Source: an uncultured Candidatus Saccharibacteria bacterium (lineage in GTDB: Bacteria > Patescibacteriota > Minisyncoccia > Phycocordibacterales > UBA9973). From it: DNA of 64,000 bases. The stretch covers positions 202-64,201 of the forward strand of contig CAYGDG010000002.1 in NCBI GenBank assembly GCA_964348725.1, in the 5' to 3' direction. Shown in pieces: positions 6,966-16,402 of this stretch (positions are counted from its first letter, which is position 1; each line of letters opens with the position of its first letter). Position numbers and translations under genes: made by a program. Below the pieces are notes generated by a model, which saw nothing but the letters and a program-made list of their open reading frames with translations, was not told the DNA's origin and searched no databases.

Positions 6966-9449
6966 ATGACAAGATATCTGCGCCTTTTTATCCTTCTTGC
7001 CCTGGGTCTTCTGCCCTGCACTGAAGGCCGCGCCGCCGATTTTCCGCCCAGCAATGCCGTTTCACTCGATGTGCCCGTCTATCTCGGGCGGCAGGAACAG
7101 GGCATGGCGCACATGCTCATCACGCCCGATTCCGGTAAAAGCTATGTTCGGATGGAACCCGTTCTCGCGGCGCTACAATCCCTTGTGCCGGAAGAAAAAC
7201 TGCGCGCCATCGAGGCTTCGGCGGTGGAGGGCTATATCCGCCTTGAAACTGTGGCGCAGGCCGGAGTGGATGTCTGGTTCGACGACAGGCTGGTGGGCAT
7301 TGTCATGGAAGTGCCCGCTGAAAACAGGGGCGTTCAGTCCTTGAGCGCCCGCCACCGCTACGATCTGTCCCACAGGAGCGTTACGGAACAAAGCCCCGTG
7401 TCCGCCTACGCCAATTTTCGCGGCGCGCAGGATTACGTCGGCAGCGGGATCGAGGGCCAGGAAGGCCGGCAGGATTTCCGCATGAGCACGGACGGTGCGC
7501 TCAACATGAACGGCTGGGTGCTGGAGGGCGCGGGCGATTATCTTGAAAACAGCGACCGCCCGTGGGCGCGAGGCGATGTGCGGCTGGTGCATGATTTGCC
7601 CGAGGACATGGTGCGCCTCGCCGCCGGCGACCTGTCCTATCCCGTGACGGGCTTCCAGAGTTTCCAGCGCATGGGCGGGGTGACGGTGGCGCGGAACTTC
7701 GATCTCCAGCCCTATCGCGTATCCGAGCCGACCGGGCAGACATCGTTCTTTCTTAAATCTCCTTCGCGGGTGGATATTCTGGTCAACGGGCGCAGAGTGC
7801 AGACATTGCAACTCGACGCCGGGCCTTTCGACATCAGCGATTTTCCGGTCGTGACCGGTAGCAATGACGTGGAAATCCTCATTACCGACGCCACGGGCCG
7901 CACGGAAGTGAAAAGCTTCGACATCGTCAGCGGCACCAACCTGCTGGCGGCGGGGCTACACAAATACGCCTATAATATCGGCGTAGATTCGAACGTCGAG
8001 AACCGCGAAATACGCTATGACACCGGCCAGCCGGTTCTATCCGCCTTTCACCGCTACGGTGTCACCGACGCCCTGACGCTGGGCGCCAATCTTCAGGGCG
8101 ATCAGGATCAGCAGATGGGCGGGCTGGAGACGACATTCGGCGCGAAGTGGGGAATCCTGCGCACCGATGTCGCGGGAAGCCATGTTGAAAATGGCGACAG
8201 CGGCTTCGCGGTACGCAATCAGTACAGGCTTATCCAGCATGGCGGCGTTGATGAAAAAGGAACATTTACGGGCGCGCGGGCGCTGACGGCCTCGGTGGAA
8301 TACCGGGATGAAAAATTCGCGCCGCTGGGGACATTGCAGCCGGATAACCCGTTTTCATGGAATCTCGCCGCGCGCTACAGCTTGCAATATTCCCCCACGA
8401 TCAATTTCGGTGTCGGCGGGCGCTATGAAATCGGGCGCGGCGATCAGGAAAACGACTGGACGGCGTCTCTTTCGATGAACAAGCGCCTGCCCAAAAACCT
8501 GAATCTCAATGTCAGCTTTGAGCAGCGGCGCGACGAGGGCGCAGGCGCGTTCGTCACCCTGACATGGACGCCGCGCGGCACGCGCCATTCGGTTACATCC
8601 AGCTATGACAGTTTCACGAAAACAAAACGCGCCGACTGGAATTATGCCGAGGAAGGCCGTTCGAACAGTTTCAGTGCCTCGGCGGGCGCGGCGCGCACCG
8701 ACGACCGCGACCAGTTCACCGGCGATCTCACCTATTACAACAACCGTGGCGAGATTTCGGCACGGCAGGATGTCGTCACGCCCTTCGGCGATGACGGCGC
8801 GTCCGACAAGACGCAATCGCGCAGCCAGGTGAATTTCGGCACGGCGGTCGCCTATAGCGGCGGGCATGTCGCGCTGTCGCGGCCCATCAGCAACAGTTTC
8901 GCGATGGTGGCTCCGCACCCGGCCTTGGCCGGACATGACATCGGCGTTAATGAACAAGGCAGCCGGGAGGGAGAGCCGACCTACGAGGCGCAGGCGGATG
9001 GTTTCGGCCCCGCCGTTCTGCCGGATATCACGCCCTATCTTTACCGCCGTGTCAGGATCGATTCCGGCAACCTGCCGCCGGGCTTCGACGCGGGCGAGGA
9101 TTCCTACACGCTTTATCCCGGTTACCGCAGCGGCACGCTGATCGAAATCGGCAGCGGCGCGAATGTATTGCTGGACGGCACATTGCAATATCCGGACGGC
9201 AGCCCCGTTGCGCTGCAGGCGGGCAGCATCACGTCGGTGACGGACGCCAATATCGCGCCGCCCTTCTTCAGCAACCGCGCAGGAAGATTCCGCATCGAGA
9301 AACTCAAACCCGGTGTGTATGAGATGGAACTGTTCAGATTCCCCGGCGTGAAAATCCCCGTCAGTATTCCTGAAAACGCGGCAGGCCCAACACAGGCTGG
9401 AATGTTGACGCTTGCCGTCGGGCCGGATGAAGAAGGAGAAGGCCCATGA
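6966..9449 (+). CDS. fimbrial outer-membrane usher (CsuD-like)
   Basis: 827 aa with a signal peptide. Size and position (after the chaperone, overlapping the next gene) are typical of chaperone-usher ushers. Confidence 0.8.
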   Translation: MTRYLRLFILLALGLLPCTEGRAADFPPSNAVSLDVPVYLGRQEQGMAHMLITPDSGKSYVRMEPVLAALQSLVPEEKLRAIEASAVEGYIRLETVAQAGVDVWFDDRLVGIVMEVPAENRGVQSLSARHRYDLSHRSVTEQSPVSAYANFRGAQDYVGSGIEGQEGRQDFRMSTDGALNMNGWVLEGAGDYLENSDRPWARGDVRLVHDLPEDMVRLAAGDLSYPVTGFQSFQRMGGVTVARNFDLQPYRVSEPTGQTSFFLKSPSRVDILVNGRRVQTLQLDAGPFDISDFPVVTGSNDVEILITDATGRTEVKSFDIVSGTNLLAAGLHKYAYNIGVDSNVENREIRYDTGQPVLSAFHRYGVTDALTLGANLQGDQDQQMGGLETTFGAKWGILRTDVAGSHVENGDSGFAVRNQYRLIQHGGVDEKGTFTGARALTASVEYRDEKFAPLGTLQPDNPFSWNLAARYSLQYSPTINFGVGGRYEIGRGDQENDWTASLSMNKRLPKNLNLNVSFEQRRDEGAGAFVTLTWTPRGTRHSVTSSYDSFTKTKRADWNYAEEGRSNSFSASAGAARTDDRDQFTGDLTYYNNRGEISARQDVVTPFGDDGASDKTQSRSQVNFGTAVAYSGGHVALSRPISNSFAMVAPHPALAGHDIGVNEQGSREGEPTYEAQADGFGPAVLPDITPYLYRRVRIDSGNLPPGFDAGEDSYTLYPGYRSGTLIEIGSGANVLLDGTLQYPDGSPVALQAGSITSVTDANIAPPFFSNRAGRFRIEKLKPGVYEMELFRFPGVKIPVSIPENAAGPTQAGMLTLAVGPDEEGEGP

Positions 9450-10411
9450 AATTTCGTATCACGCTTCTGATTGCATTATTCTTTCTCTCCCACCCTGCTT
9501 CCGCCGCCTGCCTCAATCTCGATTTCGGCAGCGTCCCCTCGCTTGCCGCGTTTCAGGGCGGCAACGGCGGGTATTCGGTTTATGAGAACGGCGAGTATCT
9601 CCAGACCGTCAGCTTCACCGTGCAGGCGGAGGCAGCGGGCGGCATCTGCGAATATTTCGTGGCCTTGAGCGCCGGGCAGTCGAACGATTTCAGCCAGCGG
9701 GTCTTATCCGACGGCATAAACACGCTGAATTACAATGCCTGGGTGAGCGCGGACAAAACAGGCATCCTCAAGGAACCGCCGAACGCCACGGATGAAGAAG
9801 TCGTCAAGGGAACATTCTCCCTCATTCCGGGGCTGGAGCAGACCAACGAACATGAATTCGTCTGGACCATCGACCCGGCGCAGATCGTTCCCGCTTCGGA
9901 TATGCCCTATGAAGACACCAGCCTGACCTTGAGTCTTTACAGCGGCCTGCCCCTGTTCGCCCCCACTTTTGTCACCAGCCGCACCATCACTTTCCGCGCG
10001 CGCGTGGAAAGCAGCGTCGATCTCTCGCTCGTGGATTCCGGCGCGCCGTTCGATATCGGCAACACGACGCAGTCTGTCGATTTCGGCACACTGGAAAGCG
10101 GCGAGCAGCTTGCCTTTGATTTAATTATTCGCAGCAACAGCGGTTATGCGGTGACGATGCAGTCGGAGAATAATCAAACATTGCTACATGCCAGCTCCGC
10201 CGTGACGGGCCGGATTGTCTATGATCTTCTGATCGACGGCGCCAGCGTGGATCTTTCCTCCGGCGCGCCGGTGCAGGTCCTGTCCGACACCGTCACGACG
10301 CCCGCGACCGGGATTGTCTTTCCCGTCGAATTCTCCATCGAAACACTCACGGGCCGCGAGGCTGCCGGAACGTATTCCGATGTCATTACCGTCGATGTGA
10401 CGGCGAATTAA
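9446..10411 (+). CDS. SCPU-domain tip adhesin-like subunit (CsuE-like)
   Basis: 321 aa secreted protein with a signal peptide. Last gene of the operon; its start overlaps the usher stop (ATGA). Confidence 0.55.
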   Translation: MKFRITLLIALFFLSHPASAACLNLDFGSVPSLAAFQGGNGGYSVYENGEYLQTVSFTVQAEAAGGICEYFVALSAGQSNDFSQRVLSDGINTLNYNAWVSADKTGILKEPPNATDEEVVKGTFSLIPGLEQTNEHEFVWTIDPAQIVPASDMPYEDTSLTLSLYSGLPLFAPTFVTSRTITFRARVESSVDLSLVDSGAPFDIGNTTQSVDFGTLESGEQLAFDLIIRSNSGYAVTMQSENNQTLLHASSAVTGRIVYDLLIDGASVDLSSGAPVQVLSDTVTTPATGIVFPVEFSIETLTGREAAGTYSDVITVDVTAN

Positions 10412-10615
10412 ACAGCCATCATGCCCTTCTTACCTTTCGCAACATTCTTCCAGAAATTTCAGCACGATAACGGCCGGCATGTAAAAGAGGGTAACTTTAG
10501 GTCTGAAATCCGCCATTATGTTCGTTATATAATGCATTAAGAATATTAATGTTCGTTATAACAAACATTTTATTTGATTTAGCCTGAGAAATCTGCTATC
10601 GTCAAACCATGGAGT

Positions 10616-10972
10616 TTGACGATAAAGAACATGGCAAAGAAAAACCCGTTACTGACAGCCCCTCCCTATCCTGTTGAGCAAATGCTTACACGGTTGGGCG
10701 CCAATTTGCGGACGGCACGCGTGCGCCGCAACCTGACCTTGGATGATATCGCTCAAAAGCTGGGCATTCAGAGACAGACCGTTTCAGACGCAGAAAAAGG
10801 CAAACCCTCCACCAGCATCGCCGTTTACATGGCGCTCCTCTGGGCGCTTGGTCTTCTGGATCAAATGGAAGATGTAGCAGACCCTGCCAAAGATAAGGAA
10901 GGTCAGACTTTGGCCCTGTCACGCGAGCGCACGCGTGCGCGGCAAAGCGGAGAGATAGACAATGACTTCTGA
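10616..10972 (+). CDS. hipB: HipB-like XRE-family antitoxin
   Basis: 118 aa. HTH segment LTLDDIAQKLGIQRQTVSDAEKG. Overlaps the downstream hipA by 11 nt. Preceded by direct repeats ATGTTCGTTATA x2 and the palindrome GTCAAACcatggaGTTTGAC. Confidence 0.7.
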   Translation: MTIKNMAKKNPLLTAPPYPVEQMLTRLGANLRTARVRRNLTLDDIAQKLGIQRQTVSDAEKGKPSTSIAVYMALLWALGLLDQMEDVADPAKDKEGQTLALSRERTRARQSGEIDNDF

Positions 10973-11996
10973 TTCCTCACCGACGGAATGCTACGTTTAC
11001 ATTACCTTGCCCGGTCAAACGGAACCAGTGACAGCGGGGCGGTTCGCATTGACTCCAGACCCACGCGGAACTTTTATCGGACGGTTCGTGTACGGTAAAA
11101 GCTATCTTGCGCGACCTGATGCCGTTCCTCTCGATCCCGTTGAACTCAGGTTAACCCCGCAGGTTTATGAAACCGTCGCACTGAATGGTGTATTCGGCGC
11201 ACTGCGCGATTCCGGCCCGGATTACTGGGGACGCCGCGTCATCGAACGTCATGCCGGAAAACCGCAACTCGCTGAGATCGACTATCTGCTTTATTCACCC
11301 GATGACCGTGCCGGCGCTTTGGGCTTTGGATTGAATCAAACACCTCCAGCGCCAAAACGGCTTTTCAATCAGACGCTGGATCTGGAAAAACTACAAAACG
11401 TCGCTGACGCCATCGTCAAGGACGAAGAACTGCCCGCCGACGCTGCCAACGATCAGATCGAGGATCTGATGCTGATCGGCACGTCCATGGGTGGCGCGCG
11501 ACCCAAAGCTGTCGTTGAAGATGAAAGCGGCCTATGGATCGCAAAATTTAACCGGCCTGATGATAAATGGAACAGCGCGCGCGTCGAACATGCCATGCTG
11601 TTGCTGGCGCGCGAGTGCGGCCTTCATGTGGCGGAAAGCCGGATCGTCACGGCAGGCGGACGAGATATATTGCTCGTCAAACGCTTCGACCGCGAAAAAG
11701 CGCCGGATGGATATTTGCGCGCCCGCATGATCAGCGCCCTGACCTTGCTACGCGCTGAAGACACGCACCGTTCACGGGATAAATGGTCCTACGTCCTGCT
11801 GGCCGAAGAACTCCGCCGAGTCAGCGTTGCTCCTGCCGAAGACGCCGCCGAATTATTCCGGCGCATGTGTTTCAACGCCCTGATCTCGAATATCGACGAT
11901 CATCCGCGCAACCATGCGCTGATTGCGAAAGACAAGGATTGGCGACTTTCACCAGCTTATGATCTCACGCCCGCCGTTCCCGTAACCGCAGCTTAA
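10962..11996 (+). CDS. hipA: HipA-like kinase toxin (short, DDHxRNH subfamily)
   Basis: 344 aa. Motif GGARPKAVV. Catalytic-loop motif LISNIDDHPRNHALI. Canonical hipB-hipA order. Confidence 0.8.
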   Translation: MTSDSSPTECYVYITLPGQTEPVTAGRFALTPDPRGTFIGRFVYGKSYLARPDAVPLDPVELRLTPQVYETVALNGVFGALRDSGPDYWGRRVIERHAGKPQLAEIDYLLYSPDDRAGALGFGLNQTPPAPKRLFNQTLDLEKLQNVADAIVKDEELPADAANDQIEDLMLIGTSMGGARPKAVVEDESGLWIAKFNRPDDKWNSARVEHAMLLLARECGLHVAESRIVTAGGRDILLVKRFDREKAPDGYLRARMISALTLLRAEDTHRSRDKWSYVLLAEELRRVSVAPAEDAAELFRRMCFNALISNIDDHPRNHALIAKDKDWRLSPAYDLTPAVPVTAA

Positions 11997-12052
11997 CTGC
12001 GGTTTTGAGGGCTGTCCGCCAGGGGCGGAGAATGTTTCGATTGGAAAGAATG

Positions 12053-12182
12053 GTTGTGTGTTCGACCTGCGACAAAAACTATGCTCAAAAACGCCCATCA
12101 AATCCTGACATATTGAAAATAAAGCCCTATTTGATGGCGGCACTTTGATGCCTCGGTTCAAATCCTGCTTTGGGAATTGAAC
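12053..12182. repeat. R1 repeat, copy 2
   Basis: tggttgtgtgttcgacctgcgacaaaaactatgctcaaaaacgcccatcaaatcctgacatattgaaaataaagccctatttgatggcggcactttgatgcctcggttcaaatcctgctttgggaattgaac. Lies between the 3' ends of hipA and the convergent antidote gene. Confidence 0.7.
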
Positions 12183-12188
12183 CGTCTT

Positions 12189-12518
12189 TTACGAAGCGTG
12201 CGCCATATCGATTTTTTCAGGCATCAGGCGATAGCCCATGGCTTTCATAATCGCGTTCACATTATCAAAACGTGGATTACCTTTACTGGATAGCGCGTGC
12301 TGGACACCTTGGCGCGTCATATGCGCCTCTTCGGCCAAATTGGTGATGCCTTTGACTTTTGCGATCACGCGCAAGGACGCGAGCAGCGCTGCGGTATTGT
12401 TGTCCTGTGCAAACTCTTCAAAAATTTCTTCGATGTAGGCTTCGATCTCTTCAGGGTGGTTGCGGAAGTATTCTTCCTCAACGGTTCTGAATTCTCTGTA
12501 AGGTCTGTTCTTAGCCAT
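12189..12518 (-). CDS. putative addiction-module antidote protein (HigA/XRE-like HTH)
   Basis: 109 aa. EEYFRNHPEEIEAYIEEIFEEFAQDNNTAALLASLRVIAKVKGITNLAEEAHMTRQGVQHALSSKGNPRFDNVNAIMKAMGYRL matches the 'probable addiction module antidote' family layout. Lies immediately downstream of fic. Confidence 0.6.
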   Translation of the reverse strand: MAKNRPYREFRTVEEEYFRNHPEEIEAYIEEIFEEFAQDNNTAALLASLRVIAKVKGITNLAEEAHMTRQGVQHALSSKGNPRFDNVNAIMKAMGYRLMPEKIDMAHAS

Positions 12519-12523
12519 GATCC

Positions 12524-13129
12524 TTACAGTTCCTCAGTCTTGAATTCACTGTAGCCTTCGTAATAATAGCTGACGTCGATGCCCTTCATATAGGTTTCAC
12601 GGTCGTTGATTTTGTCGGTCAGGGCACCTTTGAGCAGAGTCTTTATTTCCACATCTTTGACAACGCTGCGCTCCATCGCCGAGAGATAGGCATCCTTATC
12701 CACGCGGTTCCAATCCACGACCTTGCCGATTTCCTTTTTGAAGATCAGATCCAGCCAGATACGTGTTGCCCGCCCGTTGCCTTCACGAAAAGGGTGAGCG
12801 ATATTCATTTCAACGTATTTTTCGACAATTTCATCAAAATTGCCTTGTGGCATGGCGTTGATATGATCTAGTGACTGGCGCAAATACATCAGCGGTGCAA
12901 AGCGGAAATTGCCCTTGGCGATATTGACCTCCCGGACTTTACCAGCGAAATCATAGATGTCCTCGAATAAATATTGGTGAATTTTGGCAAGGCCAGCAAA
13001 TGTTCCGACCTCAATTTTATCAATGTCGCCAGATTCAAAAAGCTGCTTGGCTTTTTGCTTGCTGAGTTTTTCCTCGGCTCTAGCCAGCTCAACCTGATTT
13101 GTGATGTTCAGTTTATTTTCTAAAACCAT
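12524..13129 (-). CDS. Fic/Doc-family (Fido) protein, candidate toxin
   Basis: 201 aa with the Fic active-site motif [12 protein letters not shown]. Confidence 0.8.
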   Translation of the reverse strand: MVLENKLNITNQVELARAEEKLSKQKAKQLFESGDIDKIEVGTFAGLAKIHQYLFEDIYDFAGKVREVNIAKGNFRFAPLMYLRQSLDHINAMPQGNFDEIVEKYVEMNIAHPFREGNGRATRIWLDLIFKKEIGKVVDWNRVDKDAYLSAMERSVVKDVEIKTLLKGALTDKINDRETYMKGIDVSYYYEGYSEFKTEEL

Positions 13130-13188
13130 TTCATTCCTACCCGTTCAATTATATCATAGCCAAATATATTTGGCAACACACCACTGAG

Positions 13189-13389
13189 TTATGACAGCCC
13201 CAGCATCCTCAAAATTTTGATCGCACTATCCAGCTTGATGGTTGTTTTGCCCTGCTCGAAACTATTGAGTGTAGGCTTGCTGACACCTGCCAGAACCGCA
13301 AGCTGTTCCTGCGTGAGCTTTTGCTCCTTACGGCGCTTAATCGCTTCTTCAACCAGCGCTGACCAATTAAGACGAATGTGTCGATCCAT
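13189..13389 (-). CDS. stand-alone XRE-family HTH regulator
   Basis: 66 aa, MDRHIRLNWSALVEEAIKRRKEQKLTQEQLAVLAGVSKPTLNSFEQGKTTIKLDSAIKILRMLGLS. 98% identical to the copy at 18504-18704. Confidence 0.7.
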   Translation of the reverse strand: MDRHIRLNWSALVEEAIKRRKEQKLTQEQLAVLAGVSKPTLNSFEQGKTTIKLDSAIKILRMLGLS

Positions 13390-13440
13390 GATTTTACTCG
13401 CGGTTAAATACAGTTTACTAAAAAGCCCAAATCAGCCTTT

Positions 13441-13500
13441 AAAGTAAATTATAATTTACTTTTTAGATGATTAGAAGCGAAAAAGTAAAGTGTAGTTTAC
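13441..13500. promoter_or_regulatory. palindromic operator pair in the divergent promoter region
   Basis: AAAGTAAATTATAATTTACTTT (a perfect 9-4-9 palindrome) and AAAGTAAAGTGTAGTTTAC. Confidence 0.5.
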
Positions 13501-13575
13501 CGTGACCGGATAGCTCAGAACCTTCGCTTGGGTAAATAATAACCATGCAATTTTAACATTCCATGTAAGATTTGC

Positions 13576-13758
13576 ATGGATAAAAAAAGACTCTTAGAAA
13601 ATCAAATTCAGGACCGCCTGCAAAACAGCCCCTGTGTCGCCCTGATGGGGCCGCGTCAGGTTGGGAAAACAACGCTCGCCTTTCATATTAGCGAATCCCA
13701 CGCGAAAATTTGTTGTTCACGCAGAAGAAGATTCCTTCCCCATGAAAGACGGCATTGA
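13576..13758 (+). pseudogene. 5' fragment of an AAA-superfamily (DUF4143-type) ATPase gene
   Basis: MDKKRLLENQIQDRLQNSPCVALMGPRQVGKTTLA (Walker A), then out-of-frame sequence. Only ~60 codons remain. An even shorter fragment, MDKKTLRKS, is at 18895. Confidence 0.5.
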
Positions 13759-13994
13759 GGCCGTTGGGTTATTTGAGTTTATGAGATTGATAAACGAGTT
13801 TTAGAACAGCCCTAAATAAATTTTACTCAAATCTCTATTCGGTTTAAAAATAAGTTAACACTTATTTTTTTGATATTTGCAATAAAAGCAATACATGTTG
13901 CTACTTCTAGAAGAAAATATCTCCTACCTTATCTCGTACTTTTTTGAGCGTCGTGCTGACAATACTATCGGCGGCACAAGTAATGACCAAAGTA

Positions 13995-14657
13995 TCAATC
14001 GGGCGCGTTAGGGGGATCAGCCACTTCGTTTTTCAGAGGTTCCCATTCGCCATTTGGAGGATCAAAGTAAAGCCACCACGGTGTTTTTCCATCTCCCCAT
14101 TTGGAGCGGCTAGCTTCTGTTCCTGCTGGATTTTGTCCTAACCTAATGAGCTCATTCCGTATAGATACTAAAAGTGAGGGCCACATAACAGCATTCACCG
14201 TCAGACTCGCATCATGTTGAGTGATGAGATCTTTCTCGCTGGAGCTGGCTGCATTAAATTTGTTGGCTCTTACAGCATTGAATATGCCAGGCGTTCGCCT
14301 CTCGGCTTCATCAAGCAGAAGACGTACACTGGGGTCTGTATCAAAATCTTTGCCTACAAGCGCCTCAAGCTCAGTGCTAGAAGAGACAGATCTAGGCTGT
14401 ATACCTATAAAAATTAACTGACGTATTAAGTCACGAAAATGATGGAGCTCTAAACCTGCAGCAAGATCAGCCGCATCATCACGGCTGTCTGTGAATGCAA
14501 TCATTTTTTCAGCGTCATGAGAATCGCTTGTAGCATACATTACACGATCTGCAACGAGTTGAGTTGTAACATTTAGACCAGTGCGAAGCCCGCGAATATA
14601 AGTGCCGATTATCAGCCCGATCCGCACTTTCTTTATCTGGCGGCAAAATATCTGCAA
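13995..14657 (-). CDS. hypothetical protein
   Basis: 220-aa ORF; the true start may be the internal MYATSDS or MIAFTDSRDD. No family recognised. Confidence 0.35.
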   Translation of the reverse strand: MQIFCRQIKKVRIGLIIGTYIRGLRTGLNVTTQLVADRVMYATSDSHDAEKMIAFTDSRDDAADLAAGLELHHFRDLIRQLIFIGIQPRSVSSSTELEALVGKDFDTDPSVRLLLDEAERRTPGIFNAVRANKFNAASSSEKDLITQHDASLTVNAVMWPSLLVSIRNELIRLGQNPAGTEASRSKWGDGKTPWWLYFDPPNGEWEPLKNEVADPPNAPD

Positions 14658-14840
14658 AAAGCCTTTGCAAGATTTGATAAAGAAACAGGTATAAAAACGG
14701 AAGCACCATCGGCTTTTGATTTGCTTTACGAAGATTTATATGGTGCGCCGGAAGATGCGGACGCTATTATCGAAGACGAAAAAGAAGCCTGAGATTTAGG
14801 TAAGGATTTAAAGAAGATCGGCAAATATGCATCCCTCAAC

Positions 14841-15344
14841 GTGAGTGTCATCCCCAAAGAAGGTGGCCGCGACTATCCGCATAAAACGGAAGACACCTGC
14901 ATTGATGATAATTTTAAAGTTGTTCGCCATTATGAGAATCCAGAAATTCTTGCAAAAGATCTGCGCCCGGCGACATCTGCAAACATTCAAAAGGCCTTTG
15001 ATGGCAACCTGAAAGAACAATCATATGTTCCGTTCAAAACAGAATGTCCCTCCCTCGGCGGCGTTATTCTGCCTGCTAAAAATGTGCGATTTTCTAAAAA
15101 GGATGGAAAGTTGCGCGTTAACCTGCTGGATAACGATAAAACGGAATATGATGTGCGCGTGACATGCAAATATCTGCGTGACGTGCTGGATCCTATGTCC
15201 ACGAAAGAATTTGAAGAATTTAAAGCAGACATGGAAAACAGCGATAAGAAGGCGCATGTTCGCGTTGGGCTGGCCAAACCTTACGTTTATAAAGACAGCA
15301 ATTGTTATTTAATGTGTAACGGCGTATTTTTTTATGATGAGTAA
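14841..15344 (+). CDS. hypothetical protein
   Basis: 167 aa, low GC. Its stop overlaps the DUF488 gene start. Confidence 0.4.
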   Translation: MSVIPKEGGRDYPHKTEDTCIDDNFKVVRHYENPEILAKDLRPATSANIQKAFDGNLKEQSYVPFKTECPSLGGVILPAKNVRFSKKDGKLRVNLLDNDKTEYDVRVTCKYLRDVLDPMSTKEFEEFKADMENSDKKAHVRVGLAKPYVYKDSNCYLMCNGVFFYDE

Positions 15345-15786
15345 TACAATCAAGATATTCACCATCGGCTTTACCGGCTCTAGCGCAGAGCATTTCTTTG
15401 AACGGCTGCGCGGCGCGGGCGTGAAGAAAGTGATCGACACACGTCTATGGGCGAGTTCGCAGCTGGCGGGGTTTGCCAAGAAAAAAGATCTGCCATATTT
15501 TCTGAAAGAGATCGCTGGCATTGATTACGAATACCGCAAAGAACTTGCGCCCAGCGACGATATTCTAAAACCGTTTAAAAATAATCAGCTAAGCTGGGAC
15601 GAATACAAGGTTCAATATATTGATCTGATAAACCACCGAAACATTGCCAGCATTCTTGATCCCGATGAAGTGCACGAAGCATGTTTCCTGTGTGCCTGCA
15701 AAACAGAGCATCACTGCCACCGCCGCCTGCTGGCTGAGTATATACAACGCGAGTGGGATCAGCCGGTAGAGATTGTACATTTATGA
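15334..15786 (+). CDS. DUF488-family protein
   Basis: 150 aa. IKIFTIGFTGSSAEHFFERLRGAGVKKVIDTRL...CFLCACKTEHHCHRRLLAEYI matches the DUF488 pattern: IxTIGxxG...VDVR at the N-terminus and CxExxPxxCHR at the C-terminus. Confidence 0.65.
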   Translation: MMSNTIKIFTIGFTGSSAEHFFERLRGAGVKKVIDTRLWASSQLAGFAKKKDLPYFLKEIAGIDYEYRKELAPSDDILKPFKNNQLSWDEYKVQYIDLINHRNIASILDPDEVHEACFLCACKTEHHCHRRLLAEYIQREWDQPVEIVHL

Positions 15787-16148
15787 CGGGTCTTTTATTC
15801 GATATCCCGGCACCAGCCGCGCCGGATATTTCCGGCCTTCAGTATTTGGCTGATTTTATCACAGCAGCTGAAGAGCAGATTTTGGTTGAGATTATCGACC
15901 AGCAGCCCTGGCTTCACGATCTCAAGCGCCGGGTGCAGCATTACGGTTACAAATATGATTATAAGGTGCGAGCGGTAACGGATGATGCTTATTTAGGGGC
16001 GTTGCCAGATTGGCTTATGCCCATCACGCAAAAACTTCCTTTCAAACCAGATCAGGCCATAGTGAATGAATATCTGCCCGGCCAAAACCAGGATCATATC
16101 AAACCCTCGCGGTTACCCCAGATGGAAAGACTCTGGCGATGTTCCTGA
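15783..16148 (+). CDS. AlkB-like 2OG-Fe(II) dioxygenase, N-terminal part only (truncated)
   Basis: GLQYLADFITAAEEQILVEIIDQQPWLHDLKRRVQHYGYKYDYKVRAV...PDQAIVNEYLPGQ matches the N-terminal half of alphaproteobacterial AlkB-like proteins. The C-terminal HxD...H iron-binding half is missing; it is not found in any other frame either. The start overlaps the DUF488 stop as ATGA. Confidence 0.5.
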   Translation: MTGLLFDIPAPAAPDISGLQYLADFITAAEEQILVEIIDQQPWLHDLKRRVQHYGYKYDYKVRAVTDDAYLGALPDWLMPITQKLPFKPDQAIVNEYLPGQNQDHIKPSRLPQMERLWRCS

Positions 16149-16181
16149 TTTCGACCCTTACGGCAAGCCGGTGGAGGTAAA

Positions 16182-16388
16182 ATGAGCGACAGCGCCGATC
16201 AAAAAACAAAACATATCCGGTTCAAAACCTATTGGATTATCCAGCGCGCCGTCGAAGAAGGCATAGCTTATGGCCTAAATCGGGCGCACAAGCACGAGGA
16301 TAACCCGACAAAAGATAAAATCGCCATAGAGATTGAACGGGCGGTAATGTCTGCGCTGGATGAGATCATCGATTTCGAGAGGGGCTGA
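16182..16388 (+). CDS. hypothetical small protein
   Basis: 68-aa ORF between the AlkB remnant and abiEii. Confidence 0.3.
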   Translation: MSDSADQKTKHIRFKTYWIIQRAVEEGIAYGLNRAHKHEDNPTKDKIAIEIERAVMSALDEIIDFERG

Positions 16389-16402
16389 GGCTATTTCGAC
16401 AG

